Assembly: GCA_003427395.1 (NCBI GenBank)
Contig: BFEA01000011.1
Span: 6,973,188 to 7,023,737, forward strand
Reading direction: 5' to 3'
Length of the DNA stretch: 50,550 bases
From: Chara braunii
Lineage: Eukaryota > Plantae > Charophyceae
Shown here: positions 38,501-49,841 of the stretch, piece after piece
How positions within the stretch are numbered: position 1 is the stretch's first letter
Layout: each line of letters begins with the position of its first letter
Position numbers and translations under genes: made by a program
The notes under the pieces: generated by a model
Databases searched by the model: none
Told to the model about the DNA's origin: nothing
The model's input: only the letters and a program-made list of their open reading frames with translations

Positions 38501-39145
38501 GGTGGTCGAGTTCTATTTTGACCTTGTGTATTTAATGATGATTTTGATTATTTCGATTATCATTACAGATGGGATATACATTCATATCGACTAAGTACGG
38601 TTCCTTTTGGTATAACTATGAATGATTGTTATAACTTTCTTTTGACTAGTGTTTAAAGAGGTAAGGAGGTTTCACGCTTGGTTGAGACCATCCTTGTCGA
38701 TCGGCGTATGCTTCGTACTTAGGATATCAACACCCTAAGGAACGAACGATGTTCGGGTTCAATAGGCATTTTAATCGTGCGTACCTATATTACAGTGAGC
38801 GAGGAAACGCCATCGGCTGACCCACCTATGCAACTGCATGTACAAGCTTTCGCACGTGGGTCAGTAGCTCTGTAGGGATACGCCCCTAAGGGTGGTGACA
38901 ACCCCTTAGGGAAGCAAGTTTATGCCCCGCGGAAACCTATCCTGTCGTAGTTGGCGCACACGGCTAAAGCGGCGAGGGGACGACGCGACCACGGCCGTCT
39001 CGGCGGTCCACGAAATTATTTATGCACCGTCCCCGAGTTGTCTCTTTGTTAAGTTTGTTTTGTTTAAACTCCTGCGTGACATGGCCGGGAGGACTCCCAC
39101 CTCTTTGCGAGAAAAAACGGATGTCGATGCGCTCGACACCGCCAT
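35413..39145 (+). mobile_element. Repeat family E, near-complete copy (~3.7 kb); possibly a long LTR or promoter-leader of a large retroelement
   Basis: Homologous to 26625-30780 (-). Contains TATA-like ctataaaag (about 36156), a ~57-bp tandem array and an A-box at 38650-39145. No TG...CA termini, PBS or TSD identified. Confidence 0.85.
36570..36860 (+). repeat. ~57-bp tandem repeat inside E
   Basis: ttttggcagggaagtgct(g/a)(t/c)cgga(t/c)ttg(c/t)ggc(a/g)cg(g/a)cg(g/a)cacttgattt, about 5 units. Confidence 0.9.
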
Positions 39146-40069
39146 CATTAATTCACTTTCATCCTTTCCGCTTGATTCCTTCCGCTACCTCCTAGTTACC
39201 CACACAGTCAGGCGTTGTGTAGGTGAGCACCGAGATTAGTGCTGCTAATAACGAAATTATTGAAGAAGAATAGTATCACGACAAACTGTATTTTAACATA
39301 TACAAAATGTGTAAAATGAGAATGAATCTTTCGCTAAGTATCAGTGAGGTACATCCGCCACTTGCTGTCATCGTGGCCTCGTCCCTCACACATACTTCAA
39401 GACCTGCCCCTATCTCGTCGACCTCCTCTTTTTTTTTCTTTTTTTTTTTTAATCTCTTTACTTGTTCATTCTCTCTTCTCCTTCTCATACCATCATATTT
39501 TCTCTCACTTCATCATGTCTCATTTTTTTATCGGTCTACCCCCTCAATGGACTTACATCTTCCTCTATGATGAACTTAACGTAGAATCCCGACTAGGTTG
39601 ACTTACATCTACCACCATGATGAACTTAATGTAAAATACCAAGTAGGTTTATGCATCCCATTTTAACATTTCAAAATTGTCATTGTTAGAAAGTAGACAG
39701 AAAAAAAAAATGATGAAAGTGATATGTATAGTCATAAAAAAGGTAATTACTTCAACAGACAACCACCACGATGAATGCGACCAACACAAAGTGGAGAAGA
39801 CTGACCATGAGCAGAACAATGGAGACAGACACGATTACAAAAAAGACGTTCATAATGATGACGAGAAGTGACGTCGATGAGAAAGCGGTCGTACTATAGT
39901 GGCAACGACCCTCAAGCATGCAAATTTGAAATATACCTTCAGCTAGACCGAGGGGTGTATCTTTTGCTATAACATAAAAATATATACAAAAAATGTAAAT
40001 GAATACTCCATTATAATAAAGGAAAGTATACCGCCATCGTACCCTTCCTCTCTTCGGTGTTGTGCCCGA

Positions 40070-40845
40070 CAGGGTTCACCATCTTTCGGGTCCCAACAGA
40101 CATGCACACACTTAAACCTCTCATATCAAATCGTGGTTCGCGGATAATGTACCCACGTAAGCACCTTGATAATCCTCCTTTCTCTCACGATTTTCTCAAT
40201 AAGCCCTCTCTTCTTTACTTTTCATTCTGCCTGTCTGAGGTCAATACTGCTCGCATCATCTCATTGACCGACATCTATAATTCCAATAACAATTTCCCTC
40301 CTCCTGACTTCTTCATCGTTTCCGTCTACCTTCGTTTTTTTTTTTATTCCTCTCTCTCATATCTTATGTTTTAGTCTTTTAATAACAAAACTAACACTAA
40401 ACTTTCGGTCATCGCCTTGAAACACCCAATTACCTCTTGCCCTTACTGTTATGAAATAGACAGACACAACTTGATTTCATTCGTTACTACTCACGTCTTC
40501 GTCGTCCTCCTTGTCGAAGTATTATGCTTCTTCTTCGATCCAGTGGTGCAACTTATCGAGGCGTTGCAATCCGGTTTCTCTCAACTCTCGACAATGAATA
40601 TGATTGAAATGAAACGAGTGACAACCCCATACCCGTTATCGGGCTACTAGTTCAACTATACAAAATATTCCCCTTCTAAACGTATCGAACCTACTCCCCC
40701 GCCTACGTTCATTCGATAACTGCAAGGAATAATATTGAGCATCACTTACGAAAGTCTTATTTGCCCCATTCCAGTTTTAACAGTCGTTCTCAAAGACCGA
40801 TCTGCAGACAATAGCTTTAAGATATCATCATCAGACCGACTGATC
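40070..40845 (-). pseudogene. Compressed rDNA-derived segment (18S-5.8S-25S/28S snippets in order), copy 2
   Basis: On the - strand: actgttaaaactggaatgg (40784-40766) and ggcgggggagtaggttcgat (40703-40684), 18S-like; aacgatgaagaa (40320-40309) and gaattatagatgtcggtcaat, 5.8S-like; ttgacctcagacaggcag (40244-40227), LSU start; exact LSU motif gggacccgaaagatggtgaac (40094-40074). Confidence 0.75.
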
Positions 40846-40974
40846 CCAATTCAAAACTGTAGTACTTCACCTATATGCATCAAGTGGAGTTCTAACTCAT
40901 GTCTACATTTCAACAATTATGGGTTATACCGAGTTAGGCTAGCTGTCATCACTACCAATCTTATAACTGGTACT

Positions 40975-41470
40975 GGTGTCGAACGCCTCGACTCCCATAT
41001 TTTTTCGCAAAAAACGAGAGCCCTCATGACCGCGTCACGTAGGAGTTAAAAAAAATATGAGGACAATTTGGGGAAAAAAAATATGAGGACAATTTGGGGA
41101 CAACACATATGTAATTCCACAACCGTCGAGATGAACGAGGTTGTGTTGTCGTCTCGCCGCTCCAGCCGGGTGCGCCAACCGTAGCTCTCACGGCCCCTTA
41201 TGACAACATATTTTTCCGTGAGGCACAACTTACCTTCCCTAAGGGGCTGTCACCACCCTTATGTGGGTATCCCTACCGAACTATTTCCCCATGTATGAAA
41301 GCTTTTACATGTAGTCGCAAAGGTAAATCAACTGATCATGTTTGCTCGCTCGCTGAAATATAGGCACGTATGGTTATAACGTCATCATGAACCCGAACAA
41401 CGTTCGTCCCTTAGGGCGCTGATCTCCTAAGTATGAGCTCGTGTTGGTCGATTAGGACAGTTTCGAACCC
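40975..41470 (-). repeat. A-box module
   Basis: The reverse complement contains gggatacccacataagggtggtgacagccccttagggaaggtaagttgtg and ends ...gagtcgaggcgttcgacacc, like 39123-39140. Confidence 0.9.
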
Positions 41471-41508
41471 ACTTCTTACCCTTCCCCCAAAAGTTTGATG
41501 TTTTTTTT

Positions 41509-41799
41509 GGGAAAAGTTATAAAAAGTTACAAAGCCTCCTCGCTCCGAAACTTGTGTATTCATTTCCCTCCAAGTGGGGCAAAAAATGCCTCAAGTCCCA
41601 AAATTGGTGTCATTTTTGCGCCCTGTAAAATACTTTCCCGCCATTTCTGTCAGCGTCCGTGCCGGGCCAGCCAGGGTGCAAAAATGACACAAAAAGAATC
41701 ATTTTGGGGCCTGTGGCACTTTTTGCCCCGATTGGTGGGGGAACCAATACGGAGGTTTCGTCACGGGAAGGTTTTACAACTTTTTCGTTTTTTTTTCCC
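41509..41799. mobile_element. Fold-back (MULE-like) MITE with ~120-bp imperfect TIRs
   Basis: gggaaaa...ggggcaaaaa.tgcc.ca...gtgtcatttt(t)gc.ccctg mirrored by cagggtgcaaaatgacac...tttttgcccc...ttttccc. TSD not found. Confidence 0.7.
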
Positions 41800-42201
41800 T
41801 CCCTTCCTTTGTACACCTTGCTTGGCCGTTCGTCCACTCATCAGACCTTAGGCAAAGTTTTTGGAAAAGTGCCCGGAACGTCAGGCCTGTTGGGTGGGAT
41901 TTTTTTTCACGAACCTATCGGCGCGGAGGCGACTTTCAAGCGACTTCTCCGATTTTTTGTTGAAAGTGCCGTGTCGGAACAGACCCATTTTCACCGAAAT
42001 ACCTGGTTTCGTAATATTCACCGAAATACCTGCTAGGTGAGCCCCGCGTATGTCCGAAGCACGGTGCTCCAACACGCGGCCAGCCCTTCGGTAACTTGCT
42101 GCCGATTCTCTCAGGCTGCAGGAAGGCGCAGCTCGGCTCAGGTATGTAAGGTACTTGGTTCAGGCCGAGGAGACGTCCGAGCTTCGAACCCAGCACCTAA
42201 T

Positions 42202-42323
42202 GGGCCTCGCTGCACTACTCTTGAAATGCACAAAAGACAAAAATCATGGCGGTGTATCTGTCCATATTCTAGCGGAAGATTCGCTCTCGTTTTGCACATT
42301 TCAAGAGTAGTGCGGCGAGGCCC
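42202..42323. mobile_element. 122-bp PIF/Harbinger (Tourist)-like MITE
   Basis: 27-bp TIR gggcctcgctgcactactcttgaaatg / catttcaagagtagtgcggcgaggccc (one mismatch) and 3-bp TSD AAT on both sides. Confidence 0.85.
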
Positions 42324-43163
42324 AATGTGCGCAACTGAGGCATGCTACCGCGTGAGCTCTCCCTGGGGACCTACCGCGGACATCGTAACGCTCCCTTGCC
42401 GAGCCTGTCGTCGTCTTCAAACTCGACAGGGACTTGTCTCCGACCGGCGCCCTAACGTCCTATCGCCTGACACCCTCTCACCTGAACCCCTCCCCTCTCT
42501 CGTCCCTCTCTTCCTCCCCGGCCGCCACCCTCCCCCCTCTGTCTCTCCCTCTCTCTTTTTCTGTCTGTGTCCCCAATGTGTGGGTTGTACCGGTAGCGTG
42601 CTCCGGCACGGTCCTTCGAAGCGTCCAGGTGGTGGTCCATCTGGATCGAGATGTCCGACGATGACGATGATGATGACGATGAGCAGGAGATGATGACGCT
42701 GACGGTGAGAATCTGAGCTCGCTTTCTCACTTTCTCGTGCTCTCGCTCGTCGGACGCATAATACCCGGGGGACAACAAAGAATATGAAAACGAGGAGAGG
42801 AGTNNNNNNNNNNNNNNNNNNNNNNNNNNNNNNNNNNNNNNNNNNNNNNNNNNNNNNNNNNNNNNNNNNNNNNNNNNNNNNNNNNNNNNNNNNNNNNNNN
42901 NNNNNNNNNNNNNNNNNNNNNNNNNNNNNNNNNNNNNNNNNNNNNNNNNNNNNNNNNNNNNNNNNNNNNNNNNNNNNNNNNNNNNNNNNNNNNNNNNNNN
43001 NNNNNNNNNNNNNNNNNNNNNNNNNNNNNNNNNNNNNNNNNNNNNNNNNNNNNNNNNNNNNNNNNNNNNNNNNNNNNNNNNNNNNNNNNNNNNNNNNNNN
43101 NNNNNNNNNNNNNNNNNNNNNNNNNNNNNNNNNNNNNNNNNNNNNNNNNNNNNNNNNNNNNNN

Positions 43164-43220
<57 letters not shown>

Positions 43221-43397
43221 TACGTGGTGAAAATGAAATGGAAGAGAGCATGTCGAGGACCCATGTATGTGGATCTGTGGCCATGGGAGTGCGTGCGATA
43301 CGAGGTGCAGGGAGGGATGGAAGGAAAGAGGGAGGCCGTGGACGCCGCGTTGATATTGACGAATGCGATGGCGTGGGCAGGGAGGGAGGAAAGTTGA

Positions 43398-43466
<69 letters not shown>

Positions 43467-44221
43467 TTCTCCCAACAAATCTCCCCTGTTGGTTTGCAGT
43501 TTTTCCTTTCTTTTTTTCCCTCCTGTCCGTATCGTGAACTGTCTTTCGGGGGCAGAGAGAGCGAGAAGAGAGGTGGGTGATGGAGTGAATATGCTGCCAG
43601 GATAAATGGGCTGAGGAGCATGTTCAGGAAGGGAAGGCGGCATATGGGAACAAGTGTGCTCAGAGGTGAAGTTTTAATGCATCGTTCTTTCTTAGCGCTG
43701 CTCTGCTTTTTTTTCACTGTACTCGGAGCAGGGGGAGGAGATGGGGGAGGAAAGGAGCAGGGAGAGAGGAGAGGAAGAGGGAGTATGACGACTTTGTCTC
43801 CTCCCCGGTCGCTCTCCTTTCTCTGCTGATACCACATGCGAAGATCCTGTTTTCCTTGTCCGAAGACATTCGTGCGGAGAATCGCCGCCGGCCTCTTTAT
43901 ATTGGAGATATACCTCTCTCCCCCCAAAAATAAGGGCCCCAAAATGAAATCCGACCGTAATTCTAATTCACACCCAACGGATTTTGGACAAGCCCTCCCC
44001 CAAGCATACGACACGTCACCTCTGTGGCAAGGTCCCTTTTTGATTCTTCCGTTTGTTTCTGGCCGTTCATTGCCAAGATCAAGGGTCAGGGAAAGCAAAT
44101 CGACCGGGACCTGGCCACTGGCCAAGCTCTTATTTATATGCACCTACTTATGCCTTCTGTTCTTCTGTTTTTTTTTTTTTTTTCTTTTTCCTGTTTTGTT
44201 GTGCGCGCCAACCCGCAACAG

Positions 44222-44324
44222 GTCATCATCATCTAGTAACAAGGAGGGGATGCTCTCTAAAGCGATTGCCAATCTGAAGTCGGCTTATTAAAGCTCTGTT
44301 TTCGTTGGACAACAACGCCCGAAG
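44222..44324 (+). promoter_or_regulatory. Probable 5'UTR part of the FAM91A1 start exon, with a uORF (44250-44291)
   Basis: A long polypyrimidine tract (44154-44200) ending ...caacag| gives a 3' splice site at 44221. The uORF encodes MLSKAIANLKSAY*. Confidence 0.55.
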
Positions 44325-44452
44325 ATGGATCGCGCCGCTGCTTCCAACGAGGAAGGGATGGTGGCCAAAGCGATTGAGGAGGAGATGATGTGGGAGTTCC
44401 TCCCCAAAAGGCTGAAGCTGTATCTGAGCTCTAGCGAGGAGTGGAGCAAGAG
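44325..44452 (+). CDS. FAM91A1: FAM91A1 family protein, first coding exon
   Basis: MDRAAASNEEGMVAKAIEEEMMWEFLPKRLKLYLSSSEEWSK(R) resembles the plant FAM91A1 N-terminus (…EEQLI.KAI.EEC.WENLPKRLQ..L.SKEEWHRR) and ends at an AG|GTAGGG donor. The next exon was not found in the window. Confidence 0.88.
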
Positions 44453-45100
44453 GTAGGGGGGCAAGTTCCTTGCCTGGCCCTGTTGCATGCTGGCTTGGGA
44501 TGCTCTTGACTCCCGTAAAGATTCTCTCCTGTCTTCCGCCCGCCGATTTTCTTTGTTGCCCCCTATCCTCCTGCTTCATGTGTTGTCCCATATTCGTCCG
44601 TCTTCCATTTCTGTCCCCAATCCTAACGCTATTCTCATTGACCAATTGCAATCCTGTTGCCATCCTATTTTCTATTCTTAACCCCCGCTCCATGTTCTGT
44701 TGTTGTATATTCATCCCTGTCCCATTTCCCCGTCGCATTCCTACCATCCCCTGTCCCATCCTGAATCCCTTTCTTCATCTATCGATCGTCCATCTCCATT
44801 CTTAACCCTATTCTCATTAGGCAATGCCAATCCTATGGCTATTCCAATTGCTTGAGTCCTGTCCAACCTCTTGCATTGCCTCCCCCAACAAATCTCATTG
44901 CATTCCCATTCTCTGCTCCATTGTCATTTTGCTTTGATTAGTGGTAGTCCGTTTTTGCCTGTTGCCTCAGCGGTTCAGCTCCCATTTTGGATTCCACAAT
45001 CATCTTTTTCTCCGTCCTGAAGTCCGAATGAGCTCATCGTTTTCCCACGTCGAGGTCCCGCGCAGCCTTCATTGCGAATATCGCACTCTTCCAACAGAAC

Positions 45101-45372
45101 CTTCCACGATCTTCCCACACTGTTGTCCCACACAATCTTCCTGCACGAAATCCGCACAATTTTCCGCAAGATCTTCCTTGATGAACTCGCTCAGCCGATT
45201 GCAATGCTATGTATCGTCCGGCAATCTTCCACGATCTTCCCACACAGTTGTCCCACACAGTTGTCCCACACAGTTGTCCCACTATCTTCCCGCACGAAAT
45301 CTGCACAATTTTTCACAAGATCTTCCTTGATGAACTCGCTCAGCCGATTGCAATGCTATGTATCGTCCGGCA
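45101..45372 (+). repeat. Tandem duplication (~123/149 bp) with an internal 13-bp unit (cccacacagttgt) expanded to 3 copies
   Basis: caagatcttccttgatgaactcgctcagccgattgcaatgctatgtatcgtccggca occurs twice. Confidence 0.92.
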
Positions 45373-45525
45373 GCGTTAAGACATACAGCGGTGTCCCCAT
45401 GGGGAGGTGCATGCCTGCCTGCCTGCCTGCAGGTCATGCCAAGGCTCCGTTCCGAAGAGGCTCGTAACCTCTTGATGGAGCCAGAGCGCGCTAATAGACA
45501 GAGCCATCAACACACACGCTCACGC

Positions 45526-45601
<76 letters not shown>

Positions 45602-47323
45602 NNNNNNNNNNNNNNNNNNNNNNNNNNNNNNNNNNNNNNNNNNNNNNNNNNNNNNNNNNNNNNNNNNNNNNNNNNNNNNNNNNNNNNNNNNNNNNNNNNN
45701 NNNNNNNNNNNNNNNNNNNNNNNNNNNNNNNNNNNNNNNNNNNNNNNNNNNNNNNNNNNNNNNNNNNNNNNNNNNNNNNGAGAAGGGGGGGGGGGTTGGA
45801 AGGGATGAGCAGGAAGGGAAGGGTACTGGCTGGCAGAGAAGTCACGAAAACCGTGTGCTCGAGAAAGCTGTAGACCTTCTGTTATACATTATTTCAAACA
45901 TTGGTTTGCGCTCTTCGCCGAGCTTGCTGTGGAGCATGTACATGCGTTGCTGTAGACCGGGTCATGCGTAGATATCCTTAGTTGTATTCCTGACATTCTG
46001 ACTTCCGCCGTAACGTGAAGAGAAGAACGTGGACTCATCGGATGCGCGCAAAATTAGATTTTAAAATGATCTTGTGTTTGAAGGGCGAAACCTCTCTTCC
46101 TGTGAGTCCAGCATGCACTGGATTGCTTGGATGTTGAAACCCTTCAGCGGAAGGAATGCCGAATCTGTTCACAACCAATCAACTAATCCGTATCCCCTTG
46201 CTAGCTTACCTTGTTTCCCTACCTATTGCCTAAGCAATCATCGAACCAGTCCATCAACCAATCAACTAATCCCTATCCCCTTGCTAGTTGTCGAGTCAGT
46301 CAATCAATCGACTAATCCCTGTCGCCTGATCTCTCAGCCGTCTAGCCTCCCAATCAATCTCTTCCTTTGTTAGATGGGCAGTGTATCTCTTCATGACCGT
46401 CCCATTTTTCTCAATCAATCAATCAATCCATCAATCAATCCCATTGCTCTGTTTTCACGTCCAAGCAATCCCTTAGCTATCTCTTGATCTCCCATCGAGC
46501 CCATTGCTCTCAGCTCATTGTCTTGTTTTCTTTGTTGGATTTCGTTTCCTCCTTTTTAAAACCTTCGTTTGATCTTCCGCAGCTGGTCGATTATCTTTCT
46601 TGTCCGGATCCCGTCCTTTGCCCCTTTCGATCTCCTGAATAAAAGTAGCGGCTATCGACGTAGTGGTTGAATGGCAATCCCAGGCTGGTCTAGGTCTGGT
46701 CCAGGTCAACTCTTCTGCACCAGAAGGTCATTCATCCAACCGCAACGATAGTGATTTTGAACGGCGAGATGCTCTCTGCTTATTAGCCGTCGCCACGCGC
46801 AGGTTGGGAAGTGTGCTCAACGAAGAGAAGTGTCTTCAAGCGAGTGCTTGTGGAGGGGAATGCATACGAGTTGGTGAAAACTCAACGAAAGTATGTCAGA
46901 GCCCCCGGTTTCTTGTCCGTCGCTCTCTCACGTAGCGGTCCCGGACTTGAGGGTAGGAAAATAGTATGAATGTTGTCGTCTTCAATATAAGGTGAACTGG
47001 TGGTTTTCATTGTGCTGATAGTGGATGGACTGCCAAGGACACTCTTCTCTCTCTCCTGTCGTCAATCTTCTCCCTGGTCGAACGCACAATGCGTGTAAAC
47101 AGCTGTTTCCAGAGGGATAGCTGTGCGAAATGTCTGTTGAGCTGTTGGTAAGATCGATAAGATCTTTGAGAGAAGGCTGAACAGAAACATGGCACATGGG
47201 GTATATGCACGGATGTGTACGGGCCCGTCCTGGTGATGGTAATATGATTGTGCTGAGTAGCAGAACGGGAGGTGTGGAATGCGATCGCAGGTACCGAGGT
47301 CCTGAGTGTGTTTGTAAAGGCAC

Positions 47324-47362
<39 letters not shown>

Positions 47363-49841
47363 TGTGTGTGTGTGTGTGTGTGNNNNNNNNNNNNNNNNNN
47401 NNNNNNNNNNNNNNNNNNNNNNNNNNNNNNNNNNNNNNNNNNNNNNNNNNNNNNNNNNNNNNNNNNNNNNNNNNNNNNNNNNNNNNNNNNNNNNNNNNNN
47501 NNNNNNNNNNNNNNNNNNNNNNNNNNNNNNNNNNNNNNNNNNNNNNNNNNNNNNNNNNNNNNNNNNNNNNNNNNNNNNNNNNNNNNNNNNNNNNNNNNNN
47601 NNNNNNNNNNNNNNNNNNNNNNNNNNNNNNNNNNNNNNNNNNNNNNNNNNNNNNNNNNNNNNNNNNNNNNNNNNNNNNNNNNNNNNNNNNNNNNGAAGGA
47701 GAGAGTTGATGTGCACTGATAAGGGGAAGGGGGACTGTGTGAGAGAAGGGAACGTTCTGCTGAATTGCCAGCTGGGTTCACCAGACAGATGGTCGGATTT
47801 GCAGCCGCTTGAAATGATAGTTTTGAACTCAACACCGTGACAGGGGCACTTACTCCCCCTTCTTATGGGCATTCTGCATCATCTCTGTGCGGCTAGGGGC
47901 TCGATCAGCTATGTCCGCTCTCCCTGACACGGGCAGGCTTTGCACTGTAACCTGTCTGACTCGGTGCTTCTGAATCATGCTACCTGTCTGACTCAGTGCT
48001 TCTGAATCATCGCTTCTGTCCTCTGTTTTCTGCACTTCGTCATTCACCTTACGTGCAATTGTTTCCTGATCCTTTTCTTTTTTTTGGTAACGAATTAGTA
48101 ATAATTGTCAATCTCATGCCTCGAAGTCTTTCCCGGCCCAGCCGAATGGCGGAGAAAAAGCGCTTGACCTCTCGCGCTCAATTCACACCTCCCGTTTCAT
48201 TAGCTATGGTTGTAGTAACGGTTCTGGTTCCTGCAACGAAGTGTCTGGTTGGATCCTCAGGTCCGCTGTTTTCATCTTCACTGCCTCCACCTATTGTACT
48301 GTTCCTTTGTCTTTTCAATGGTTGGATTCTAGTGCACACGGCTGCACTAGAATCATTAGAAGGTGGAGCCTCTTCATGGGACAGGAGCGAGCCTCTTTGG
48401 CTTTCCACCCTCTATCCTCTCCAGTGTAATTGGCGGTGGCCTCTTCTGGACCCTTGGGTCTCTTAAATTGGCTAAAGCGCCTCTTTATTGCCACCACCCC
48501 CGCCCCCTAAACACAACGCATCCTCATCAGTATTGTATTGGGAGCGCACAGATAGCTTGTATGCACTTATAATTAGTGTGCGTTGTGTTGGGGAGAAGAT
48601 GTGAGTTCTCTCCCTGCTGCCTTCATCTATTAGCCATTTGCATCTGTTTTCTTCAGCTGACATTTTCCTGCCCTGGTCCTTCGCTGTCCTCGACATCCTT
48701 ATGGCCTATGGCCTATGTCTTTTGCCTTCTACATCGTTCCCCTGACCCTTTCTGTTTTTTTCGTCCCTACTTTTTCCGCTACCCTTGCCTCCAACGTTAT
48801 GCTTTGTGATCTCGTTAGCATCTTCAATGTTGCTGACCTCCTCTTCCAACGTATTTTGCCTTTGTATGGTGTGCGTGCACTCCTCTTCCGCCTCCTGCTG
48901 CCTTCCCCCACTCCCAGAAGTCATATTGTTTTCCAAAGCTCTTCACTTCTTTCTCTCTCTTTACCCATCTTCCTTTCATAGCCGTCCTACCCCTCACCAT
49001 CTATCAAACCACGATTACGAGGAGACCCGTCGGTTTTCAGTTGGTCCTTTGGATTTGATGGGCCAACAGCAATGTCGTTTCTTTCTGTCTGCATGGTCCC
49101 CCCGTGTCGTTTCCATCTTTTTGTGTATGGTGGGGCGGCCCTGTACGTGATGCCTGTGTTGGGCCTGAATGGCCGCCTGGAAGGGGCCGTGTCTGGGTCA
49201 ACCTGCCATCGGTGGACTGGCTACCGGTTGTAGTTTTGGAACTGCCAATTTGAAAGCAACTCAACTACCCTGCAGCAGCCATAGCTGGTTGATGATGTGC
49301 ATACAGAGGATCTAACGCTGCGTGTGAGAAGATAGATACCTGATACAGGAGTAGCACGTGCCTTCTTTTTTGGTGCCGTCAACCTGTGGTAAAATGGAGG
49401 AATGTAGGAGTTCCAAGAACAGTGGAAGAATGCCGAAGTACACGAACACAGAAAAAGTAAAAAACGAAAACGTACATGAAGCGCAGATCTTTTGTAGTGT
49501 GCAGTGCATGATTATACATCCCATTCAGGCATGATGTTTGCTTCCCCTTCCTCATACTTCTTTGCTGGTATGTGCTAGCCGTGTGCCTAACTGGATGTCT
49601 GGACAAACGGCTACACGAAAACGACACGTCTTTTTTGTTTCTGGTTGTTTTTTCCTCGGCCAAAAGTTGTCTGCATTACAATCTTGAACATAGCTTTTTC
49701 TTCTGGGTGGGTGCTGCATCTGGGATCTGGACACCAGAGACTAGTTGCTTTGGCGGGATATATATATATATATACTCTCTGCCTACGGTTTACCGGGCAG
49801 TTCTATTTGACGATATATACTATTTGACGATATATATATAT

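Noticed and set aside
38860-38945. Group II intron domain I similarity of the A-box (GGTGAC loop, aaggtaagtt-like motif, gaacctat)
   Set aside because: No GUGYG 5' end or domain V (catalytic AGC/CGC triad hairpin) was found; the resemblance is limited to short motifs.
42417-47872. Long ORFs in the track (408, 307, 296, 257 aa etc.)
   Set aside because: They are inflated by N-gaps and dinucleotide microsatellites and have no recognisable domains.
47850-48940. Minus-strand low-complexity charged ORF fragments (possible TE ORF1)
   Set aside because: Short, interrupted and without a diagnostic motif.
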